From contig OY759724.1 in NCBI GenBank assembly GCA_963662715.1, positions 840,001-872,000 of the forward strand: a DNA stretch of 32,000 nucleotides, read 5' to 3'. The notes under the pieces are model-generated. The model was given only the letters and a program-made list of their open reading frames with translations, searched no databases and was not told where the DNA came from. Positions within the stretch are counted from its first letter, which is position 1; the number at the start of each line of letters is the position of its first letter. Made by a program: the position numbers and the translations under genes. Source of the DNA: Candidatus Omnitrophota bacterium. GTDB taxonomy: Bacteria; Omnitrophota; Gorgyraeia; Zapsychrales; JANLHA01. This document shows positions 10,301-17,294 of the stretch, piece after piece.

Positions 10301-10440
10301 ACCCTGTCAAACGTGATGTCCGGCAGTTCCTCCTTGCTGGTGTTATTCCAGGAAAATATCCCGCAGATAAAGATTGAAACAAATATAAGGTTGGTGAGAA
10401 GATGTCTTTTAGCGAAGTAAGCTATAAGTTTTTCAAGCAT
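7306..10440 (-). CDS. RND efflux transporter permease (AcrB/HAE1-like)
   Basis: 1044 aa. The N-terminus (MLEKLIAYFAKRHLLTNLIFVSIFICGIFSW), the two large periplasmic loops and the 12-TM layout are characteristic of AcrB-family pumps. Confidence 0.9.
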   Translation of the reverse strand: MLEKLIAYFAKRHLLTNLIFVSIFICGIFSWNNTSKEELPDITFDRVRVSVNYQGAPAEDVEYFVSKPIEEAVRGLDGVHKVTSTSSVGTSSVSIEIEQDYPNIDEVVTEIRNTVLDVDLPDEIVDDPNIRVFKTSKKAIIDIALYNDDIHILNAEQRRDLQKYAFALENQLLNLSHVNSVNRRGYLQEELQIKVQPQKLLKYEIPFNTVMEEIKNNHVRKPAGTIETREEPQVTLVSELDTPQELKDLIIQGGFDGQVVRLGEVADIIEGFEKSKEIQKVNGRQAVILNVVKNSSYGIIEALDSVNKVVDRFRENNLKDTPLKLVLLDDESIDIRNRLSLIALNGTIGFVLIVITLFVFLNRRAGLWVAMGIPFTLCFTAILAPLMGHTINGMTLAAIIIVMGIIVDDAIVVAENITRLTNQGMARREAVVKGTAYVMLPVLASIITTCVAFIPLYFFEGHFGKFIQPIPTIIFLVLGASFLESIFILPGHMDLRIPFLNKLNGRNKAVPKASRQSHWFEEIEDRYGRFIQRILSYKGVVLMFFVALLVLSGFLIRHRFKFVMFPHEETRDIVISGEVPAGAKRFETAEETRKIEEFILKNFAKEKVGIRTDIARSRRGGAVEENNFRILFEILPKERRKKSADQIVKELKKGTESFSGFQKLNFRKSRWGQDSGSALELMVQQNDDALRLRIVEELMKKMKEHPALENIEVDGDMYIDEYRIDINRDKVKRLSINPVDIASTFRAALEGSVLYEFTGVDEDIQVRFTIVDEAKDDIEKVLNLPVENKGNYLVPLRDVVHVEKVRSPNSITREDLKRTTIIDADLKKKKGYTPLDIAEDFEENIFPEILSRYPTTTLSFAGEVESTRESRADLISAVLLVVLLIYIVLAVLFNSLLRPLIIMLAIPFGVVGIVLAFWLHGKVLFGFFAAIGALGLAGVVVNDSIIMLVKLDREYDPGAGKKQSHQQIAGIAKTRLRAVVLTTLTTVAGVLPTAYGFAGHDAMLAEMMLALAWGLIFGTLITLILIPCIYSFLKDFECKFGIKG

Positions 10441-10566
10441 TGTGAATGGATATGCTGTAAAAGCGGTAATGGATAAATACTAGATATAAAGATGGTTATA
10501 TCATAGCGTAAAAAAATAATTTTGGAAAGAAATGAAATGAGAAGTGCCGGCAGGATTGCAAACAGG

Positions 10567-10606
10567 CCTTCTCTGGATCCCCGGGAAGGGCGGGGACCAG
10601 AGAAGG
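10567..10606 (-). repeat. GC-rich 15-bp-stem hairpin in the A/RND spacer
   Basis: CCTTCTCTGG(a)TCCCC-gggaagggc-GGGGA-CCAGAGAAGG, with one bulged base. It is followed on the minus strand by only a weak U-tract. It may be a terminator, an attenuator or an RNA stabiliser. Confidence 0.5.
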
Positions 10607-10625
10607 GATAGAAAGGACCTGCACG

Positions 10626-10666
10626 AAGAAAAACACAGGGATCTTTGTCCCTCCCGGGAACCCTGT
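10626..10666 (-). terminator. putative intrinsic terminator directly after giant gene A
   Basis: The minus strand reads ACAGGG-(20 nt, with an inner AGGGA/TCCCT stem)-CCCTGT followed by GTTTTTCTT. It overlaps the stop codon. Confidence 0.4.
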
Positions 10667-13600
10667 TAATTCGTATGCCCCACAAAAGACATGGAAGCAT
10701 CGACCGGTGCGATATGAACAATGACCGGGACAAGACCTTCGATATGGATATTTTCAACCGGCTGCTGCTGAAAAGACAACGGAATGCCCCGGCCGTCACG
10801 TTTGATCTGCATGTCCAGCAAGTCCAGGTTCAAATCAATACCACCGGGGGCCGAATAAGCCGTCATGTCATCAACTTTTTCAAGGGGAGAAGAAACAAGT
10901 GCTGTGCCCGCTTCTTCCGGAAGAAGCAGCGCCGCCTCATTGATCACCGTGACCGGATAGGACAAGGCCGTTCCTGTCAGGGCGTGCTGGATGAGTTCAC
11001 CCAAATCCTTCGGCGTGCCTTCATCACGCTGAATAGAGATCGCAATATCAACCCCATGCTCCCTGACTTGGTCTACGTCGATCTCATCCTGCGTCATCAA
11101 CACGACTCTTATGCCGACAGACTCCTTTCTTAACGAAGCGATCTGGGCTTTTAGCTCTTCGGTGACATGCCCCCGGAAAACAGCCACCCCTGTTCCGGCA
11201 TCCACATCTCCGACGCTTTTCTGCACGCGGGAAAAGATTTCCCCTAACAGACTAACCGATCTTTCAATAAACTCGGGATGATCATCCGCATAAACGATAT
11301 TTTTCTCCGCTGCTCCCATGACCGCATCCATCTCATTGACAAATTCGTCCGGAGTTATTCCCAGATGACTGGCCCTGTTTTCCACATATTCGGCGGAAAC
11401 ATTACTCGCATTGGCGATTCTGGTCTTGGCCTCGGCGATATCCGCACTTTTCAATCTGGTCCTCAAAATAAAGCTGGCGCCGTCCGGGGTTACCAGCAGG
11501 GTGTTAACCGTTGCCGTGTTCGTTTCTTTGTCAAAATTGATGCGTTTCATGAGCCTGGCCATGGTCGGGCCAAACTGATGAGGAGAAGCCCCGGTCACGG
11601 CACTCATCGCAACCGCCCCTTTCCCGGTGAATACCGGGCGCCGGCCCATATAATCAGCCTCAGAATACCCGTTGGCGGAAAAGCTCTGCAGTTCTTTATC
11701 CGTGTAGTCTTTGGCTACTTCGGCGGCGACCAGATCTGCCGTTGCCGTTTTCGAAACGTTCTCGCTGACAAACTGCCCGTTGGGAACAAGGCCCGCGACG
11801 ACTTCCGCCATGGAAGCCTCGGCAGAACCGCTGCGTTTAAAAGTCACCATATGATACCCGTCCAAATCCAGCCCCAGCGAAGACACTTCCCTGGCCGCAT
11901 AATCGCCATCCCCGGGCGTATAAAGCCGCAGCCCCGGATATTTTTCCTGCAGCTTCACCGCGTCGGCAATATCCAAACGGTTTCTGTGATCTCCGGAATC
12001 ATCTACGCCTTTCTGATACCCCTTGGCCCGCGGCCCGAGCATGACGACAAGAGTATGGTTAATATAATTATCAACGTACTCGTCGAATGCGGCAGTATTT
12101 TCCTCCAGCCCCTGGGCCAAAGCATTCGACCGGGCAATTTTAGGAAGAGCCACAGAAGGCAGATCAAGGTAATTCACACCGGCTTCATCCGGGGCATAAA
12201 AACTGATCCCGGCTATACGGGAATTATCATCCACCGGGTTGCGCGGGGCATCATGAATATCGGCATATTCATCACTCACTAAAGCCGCCAGGGCCCAGCT
12301 GTCTTTAATATTCTGCACCAAAGCGTTGGTATGCTCTAAGCCGTCATCGGCGGAGAATTCGATGTCAACACCCAGGCGTCTTAAACGGACAATTTCCTCG
12401 TCACGTTCGACTTTCGACCGGAACCACGCCTCATTAAAAACCGCTTCCAGTTGTCCGACCGTTGCCCCGTCGAATTCTCCGGATACTTTGCTGCGGATAG
12501 CATCGAAATCCTTTTTAAAATGCCCCTGCCCTCTGTCATTAACGTAACCGAACCATTCTTTGTCCATAAGCGTGTTAATGATATTGTCCACAACATCAAC
12601 GTCAATCCCTTGCTTGATGAAATCGTCTCTGGTGATCAAGCCAAAATCCCGAAAAAGTTTGCCGTCTGTTTCATTATACCCGGAATAATAAATACGGTTG
12701 AGTTCAATAAAGAATGACGCGTCCCGTTTCCCTTCGGAAGCCCAGGTCACCACGGCTTTATCGGGATACAGCTGGACATAAAGTTTACGGCTTTCATGGG
12801 TCGCGTCAACCGCGTTTCCGTCCCCTATTTCTTTACCGTCCTTTCCCTGGCCGGCAAAAAGGATAGACGCCAGGGCCTGAGCGACAGAGGTGGCATAAAC
12901 GGAGTTGACCATCGGGTCACTTAAGATCGTCTGAATATCGACATCCTCTCTGCCCTCACTCAGCTGTAAGGCGGTGACCTCGGCATTCGGGAAAAATCCG
13001 TGTCGCGTAATAAACTGCATCATGTCCTGATTAATGGCGATGATGTCCGTTCCCCTTTCCGCCATCAAATCCTGAATAGGAGATGATGCTGTTTTAACCC
13101 CTTTCACGGGGTAGGAAAATGTCCGGGCCATTTCTGTCTCAGAGGCGGCCGGGCCAACGTCAAGCGCACGGAAGGTGACAAGACGGTCTTTTCCGATCGG
13201 AGAAGAAGCTTTTTCCAGGACATGCCGCGGCTGGGTCAGAGGGGATCCGCTTCGCCGGGAACGGTTGACTCTTTGCGTAATCGTCACCCCTCCGGCCATA
13301 GAGGAAAAACCGCCGGAGAAATATTTCCGGGGAGTCATTTTCTGAGTATCGGGATCGATATCTTCCTTAATATAATTGTAGACGCCTTTTTGAAAAGCAG
13401 CCAGATACTGGCTGTATATCTTTTTCTTTATATCGCGGTCCTCCAGATCAATGCCTTTAATTTTGTTCTGGTCAACATAAAGCTGTCCCAGCAAAGTCTC
13501 TTTTAAGGCCCCCTTGTACCAGGCTGCCAATATCAGAGAATGATACACCTGTCTTAATCTGGCAAAATTCTGTCCTTCGTTCACTTCCTTCTCAATTTCC

Positions 13601-14385
13601 GGCAGAATGACTTCCCGTAAGATATCGGACCCTAACTTATTAACGTCTTTAACTTGTTCTTCCGTCATTTTCGCGGCCACCGGGCCGTTCTCTGCCGCGC
13701 TTTTAGATAAAGTCAAGTAATCTTCCTCCAGCATAACCTTAAGATGACTTTCGATAATAAAGACGCTGCCGTTGTATTCCCACACCTCGGCTTTGTCCGG
13801 GACAATCCACACTTTATTAAACGTATTAACGGGGATATTGGCTGTCCCGAGAATATCCTCGGCTTTTTTATAAATTTTCTGCCAAAACCTTTCGCCCAAG
13901 GCTTCTTCCGGATATAGCAAAGACGCCGTCAGCTGTTTTAATAAATAATCCTGGGCCAGAAGATCCCGCCCCATTTCCGTAACGCCGAAGTCATCGGGAA
14001 CAATACGCTCTTTTTCATAAGGAGATAAATTTACCCACAAATCTTTTTCCGGAACAGTGAGAGAAGCCAGAAAATATTTGATCAGGGTGTTGGCTTCTTC
14101 CTGAAACGCTCCCCCGTCCAATGCGGCATCCCCGGTATCAATAATAAAATCAAACTCCAAAGGATTCTCCGGATGCAGCGTCATCCCCCGCACAATGGTC
14201 GGAGTATATCCAGCACTCTTTTGGACCATGCTCCCCGGAGCAGGCAAATCCAGGACCGTCTGCACAGAGCGCGCATAAACGGTCTGCGGACTCAGAATGA
14301 AGGCTGCCAGAAACGGGACAAGGACAAACACGGATATAACTCTTTGGAAATATTTAAGTTGTGATTTAGGGCCGATAATGGTCAT
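10666..14385 (-). CDS. giant secreted mosaic protein A: signal peptide + conserved N module + GlpX (class II FBPase)-like core with insertions + GGIDLN C-terminal module
   Basis: I chose the ATG at 14385 because of the GGAGAaattcac SD; the ORF track uses the TTG at 14415. The N-terminus is MTIIGPKSQLKYFQR plus a hydrophobic core and VYA|RS. The N module is paralogous to gene B. Core segments resemble E. coli GlpX: AGQGKDGKEIGDGNAVDA vs GRGDKNTADGAAVNA; LVVMLGPRAKG...GLRLYTPGDGDYAA vs VTILAKPRHD...GVRVFAIPDGDVAA. The C-terminus carries VSSPLEK...PGGIDLNLDLLDMQIKRDGRGIPL...IEGLVPVIVHIAPV. Confidence 0.85.
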   Translation of the reverse strand: MTIIGPKSQLKYFQRVISVFVLVPFLAAFILSPQTVYARSVQTVLDLPAPGSMVQKSAGYTPTIVRGMTLHPENPLEFDFIIDTGDAALDGGAFQEEANTLIKYFLASLTVPEKDLWVNLSPYEKERIVPDDFGVTEMGRDLLAQDYLLKQLTASLLYPEEALGERFWQKIYKKAEDILGTANIPVNTFNKVWIVPDKAEVWEYNGSVFIIESHLKVMLEEDYLTLSKSAAENGPVAAKMTEEQVKDVNKLGSDILREVILPEIEKEVNEGQNFARLRQVYHSLILAAWYKGALKETLLGQLYVDQNKIKGIDLEDRDIKKKIYSQYLAAFQKGVYNYIKEDIDPDTQKMTPRKYFSGGFSSMAGGVTITQRVNRSRRSGSPLTQPRHVLEKASSPIGKDRLVTFRALDVGPAASETEMARTFSYPVKGVKTASSPIQDLMAERGTDIIAINQDMMQFITRHGFFPNAEVTALQLSEGREDVDIQTILSDPMVNSVYATSVAQALASILFAGQGKDGKEIGDGNAVDATHESRKLYVQLYPDKAVVTWASEGKRDASFFIELNRIYYSGYNETDGKLFRDFGLITRDDFIKQGIDVDVVDNIINTLMDKEWFGYVNDRGQGHFKKDFDAIRSKVSGEFDGATVGQLEAVFNEAWFRSKVERDEEIVRLRRLGVDIEFSADDGLEHTNALVQNIKDSWALAALVSDEYADIHDAPRNPVDDNSRIAGISFYAPDEAGVNYLDLPSVALPKIARSNALAQGLEENTAAFDEYVDNYINHTLVVMLGPRAKGYQKGVDDSGDHRNRLDIADAVKLQEKYPGLRLYTPGDGDYAAREVSSLGLDLDGYHMVTFKRSGSAEASMAEVVAGLVPNGQFVSENVSKTATADLVAAEVAKDYTDKELQSFSANGYSEADYMGRRPVFTGKGAVAMSAVTGASPHQFGPTMARLMKRINFDKETNTATVNTLLVTPDGASFILRTRLKSADIAEAKTRIANASNVSAEYVENRASHLGITPDEFVNEMDAVMGAAEKNIVYADDHPEFIERSVSLLGEIFSRVQKSVGDVDAGTGVAVFRGHVTEELKAQIASLRKESVGIRVVLMTQDEIDVDQVREHGVDIAISIQRDEGTPKDLGELIQHALTGTALSYPVTVINEAALLLPEEAGTALVSSPLEKVDDMTAYSAPGGIDLNLDLLDMQIKRDGRGIPLSFQQQPVENIHIEGLVPVIVHIAPVDASMSFVGHTN

Positions 14386-14554
14386 GTGAATTTCTCCGGT
14401 TATTTGAGTTAACAATATATAAAACTTCTTGTCTCAAAGATATCAAAGATAGTCCGAGAAAAGAGGATTACTCCAAGAAATATGAAAACTTGGGCATTAA
14501 AAAGGTGAGGGTTTGAAATACTAAGGACAGGGGTTACTAACTAATATATCTAAT

Positions 14555-14583
14555 AATATAACAGGAAGCTCTTCGCTTGTCAA
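14555..14583 (-). promoter_or_regulatory. sigma70-type promoter for gene A (TTGACA-17-TGtTATATT)
   Basis: The minus strand reads TTGACA agcgaagagcttccTGT TATATT. It implies a leader of about 130-165 nt. Confidence 0.6.
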
Positions 14584-14613
14584 GTCACGCCCGGTGACGG
14601 AGGGCCGCTGCTT

Positions 14614-16059
14614 CTAAACATTTTTAATAAATGACCGGGTAAAACAATCCGCCAGCCTTCCTTTTTTTAGTTCTCCCAACAGAGCCGCGCCAAGAAGAAC
14701 AGGTATGGACAAAACAAACAAAATCAGCTCCGAAGCCCTGAAAAACCGCACTTCAAAAATATTCTTTTTCAATAATTTGATAAACCGGCCGGGCGTATAA
14801 AAAGCATAATGCATCCTTCGCCCTATCTTTTTCAGGGCCGCGTGACTGTATTTATCAGAATAGAGCTCTCCTCTGTCTGTAATATGATATCCCGGAGTTT
14901 TTTCCGCCAGTTCTCTTAAAGACGAAAACTTCTCTATCCTTAATTTATTATATGTCACCCCATCAACGCCTATTTCCTTGGCAAATTCAGGGATATAAAG
15001 CATCTCCTCCTCTGTTTCCCCGATATTGCCAAAAATAAAATAACCGTGAAAGTAAATAGGATATTGAGTCAGCACCTTAAAGGCCTCCCTGATCTTACGG
15101 GAATTAAAACCTTTATTAAACTGTTCAAGGACCCAATCATGCGGAGACTCGATCCCCACCAAAAGAGCCTTAAATCCGGCTTTAACCATTTTATCCAGCA
15201 AACGCGGATATCCGGCGATGTCGATTCTCGTCTGGGCGATGAACCTTTTTTTCAATTTGCGTGCGATAATTTCATCGCAGAGTTTCTCGGCCCTCTTTTT
15301 ATTGGCAAAGACTTCATCATCCCCGAACAAAATCACTCCGGCGGGAATACTTTCAATCTCATCCACGACAGATTTGATACTGCGCTCGGAGTATTGCCGC
15401 TTCTGTCCTAAAGGATTCAAGTTGAATGTGCAAAATTTACAATTGAACGGACATCCTCTCGCGGTTAAAACGGAATCGAACGAGAGGTTGGCCACATTAA
15501 TCCCATTCAAGGCAAGACGGTATTTCGACCGTCTTAAGCTGCGGTCCGGGGGCGGGATTTGATCTGCCGCAACAAATGGTCTGAAACCATTATGAATGAG
15601 TTCCCCTTGCTCCCGATAGGATATCCCCAATATGTCCTTACGCGGGACACCGCTTAATATGTCCTTAATCGTCATTTCCCCTTCACCCCGGACAACGATA
15701 TCAACGGTGTCGCACTGCTCCAGCAGTTCATCGGCACGCTCTGTCGCTTTATATCCTCCGATGACCAAAAGAATATCCTTCGGCAGTTTGTTGAGCAAAT
15801 CGCAAATCTGCTGGAACTGCCGGTCCCACGTGATACTCACTCCGATAAAATCAATCTTTTCCTGTCTGATAAATTCCAGCAAATTATTAACATCGCATAA
15901 TTCTTTTTCCTGCCTTAAATCAATGACCGTCACTTTATGCATATACTCCTTAGCGCTCGTAGCGACGTATTCAAGGCCAACGGGCGGATACATCCGCATG
16001 GCACTGGTAGAACTGCTTTCCGTATAAGGGTTAAGAAATAGTCCGTGCTGATATTTCAT
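14614..16059 (-). CDS. B12-binding-domain radical SAM protein
   Basis: 481 aa. The N-terminus has a Rossmann-like B12-binding region (LLVIGGYKATERADELL, DIVVRGEGE), followed by the radical-SAM motif CPFNCKFC. A hydrophobic helix sits at the C-terminus. Confidence 0.8.
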   Translation of the reverse strand: MKYQHGLFLNPYTESSSTSAMRMYPPVGLEYVATSAKEYMHKVTVIDLRQEKELCDVNNLLEFIRQEKIDFIGVSITWDRQFQQICDLLNKLPKDILLVIGGYKATERADELLEQCDTVDIVVRGEGEMTIKDILSGVPRKDILGISYREQGELIHNGFRPFVAADQIPPPDRSLRRSKYRLALNGINVANLSFDSVLTARGCPFNCKFCTFNLNPLGQKRQYSERSIKSVVDEIESIPAGVILFGDDEVFANKKRAEKLCDEIIARKLKKRFIAQTRIDIAGYPRLLDKMVKAGFKALLVGIESPHDWVLEQFNKGFNSRKIREAFKVLTQYPIYFHGYFIFGNIGETEEEMLYIPEFAKEIGVDGVTYNKLRIEKFSSLRELAEKTPGYHITDRGELYSDKYSHAALKKIGRRMHYAFYTPGRFIKLLKKNIFEVRFFRASELILFVLSIPVLLGAALLGELKKGRLADCFTRSFIKNV

Positions 16060-16247
16060 TTTGTCACATATCTTTCCAAGGCTTATGGGGCCTTATTTAA
16101 ATACCAAAACAAATTCCGTCTTTTTAATGGATTGATTCTAACAGAAAGTGGGACAAAAAGGGGAAAAGTTTCCGGTTAAGAGATTATGGCTGCCGAACGT
16201 AATCTGCTGGTACGGCAGGATGACACATCTATAACACACTGTTAAAG

Positions 16248-16652
16248 TCAAGGTTGCAACAAATATTCTGCGGCAGCTTTTAAAAATGTCATGACCGCCA
16301 GGACGGCGCAGTGATTAAAATCAGCCGGCAATCCGTCAAGCCGGTCAAGAATCATTTTGGGCGAGATAGCCAAAGCCTCTTCCAGTCTTTTTCCCGAAAC
16401 AAATTGTGCCGCAACGGAACCGCAGGCACGCGTGGAAACACAGCCATCCGTATAAAAACTTGCCTGCTCAATAACCCCCTCTTTAATATAAAGATAAAAT
16501 TCCATGGAATCCCCGCAGGCCCCTTTCATAAAAGCTGAACTCGTAAAATCGTTCATTCTGGTATAGAGAGGAGGATTCCGGGCCAAATCCACAATCGCCC
16601 GGGGATATACGGACACATCCCTCTCAACAGGCGATTCATTAAAATCGTTCAT
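16248..16652 (-). CDS. NifU/IscU-like Fe-S cluster scaffold (N-terminal domain type)
   Basis: 134 aa. The conserved Cys residues are present in GACGDSMEF, TDGCVSTRACGS and NHCAVLA. An AAGGAG SD is present. Confidence 0.8.
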   Translation of the reverse strand: MNDFNESPVERDVSVYPRAIVDLARNPPLYTRMNDFTSSAFMKGACGDSMEFYLYIKEGVIEQASFYTDGCVSTRACGSVAAQFVSGKRLEEALAISPKMILDRLDGLPADFNHCAVLAVMTFLKAAAEYLLQP

Positions 16653-16805
16653 CCCCGGCTCCTTGTTTTATTGAAATATCATTGGCTCCCGGGAATTTGC
16701 TCTAATCATCTTTCCCGGGCCTTTATAAGAGATAGCATATTGCCTCTGACTAGGCAAGTCTTTAATGCACGAAATGTTTCTACAGCGGCAGTAATTGCGG
16801 CAGTC

Positions 16806-17294
16806 TTATTTTTGCGGATTTTTTTTTTGCTTCATTTCAAAATCAATTCTCTTTAAAAAGGGCAAATAATCTATAATAAGCTTCCCCTCCAGGTGGTCGA
16901 TCTCATGCTGAAGCACCGTCGCCATAAAGTCCTTGGCCTTGATCTCCTGAACCGCCCCCCTTTCATTGAGCCCTTTGACTATTATTTCATAACTGCGCAG
17001 GACTTTCACCTGCATATCCGGCACACTCAAACACCCTTCTTCTAACATACTAGTCCCTTTTTTATGAACTATCTCGGGATTGGCTAAAAAGAGCGCCCCT
17101 TCCCCTATATCAACAACAATCATCTGCTCGGCAATACCAACCTGCGGGGCGGCTAATCCTACACCTTTAAAATAATGCATTGTCGACAACATCTGCCGGG
17201 AAAGAGTCTGCTCCCTTTCTGTGATCCCCTTAACCGGCTGACATTTCATCCGCAAAACTTCCTCGGGATAGGTCTTGATCTGCAAAAGATTCAT
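16806..17294 (-). CDS. def: peptide deformylase
   Basis: 162 aa with all three signature motifs: GVGLAAPQVG, EGCLSVP and HEIDHLEG. Its ATG overlaps the stop of the upstream radical SAM gene by 4 nt. Confidence 0.93.
   Translation of the reverse strand: MNLLQIKTYPEEVLRMKCQPVKGITEREQTLSRQMLSTMHYFKGVGLAAPQVGIAEQMIVVDIGEGALFLANPEIVHKKGTSMLEEGCLSVPDMQVKVLRSYEIIVKGLNERGAVQEIKAKDFMATVLQHEIDHLEGKLIIDYLPFLKRIDFEMKQKKNPQK

Noticed and set aside
10422-10799. 125-aa minus-strand ORF spanning the A/RND spacer
   Set aside because: It overlaps the 3' end of gene A in another frame and runs through the predicted terminator hairpins. Its composition is not protein-like.
11278-12282. 334-aa plus-strand ORF
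   Set aside because: It lies entirely antisense inside giant gene A, whose frame is supported by paralogy and motifs. The product is R/G/I/F-rich and low-complexity-like, and it has no SD or recognisable motif.
16060-16805. Short hairpins in the NifU-flanking spacers (for example CTGCCG...CGGCAG and CCCGGGAA...TTCCCGGG), considered as a possible riboswitch or terminators
   Set aside because: The stems are 5-8 bp with long loops and no U-runs. No B12-box or other riboswitch core is recognisable. This is not enough to call a feature.
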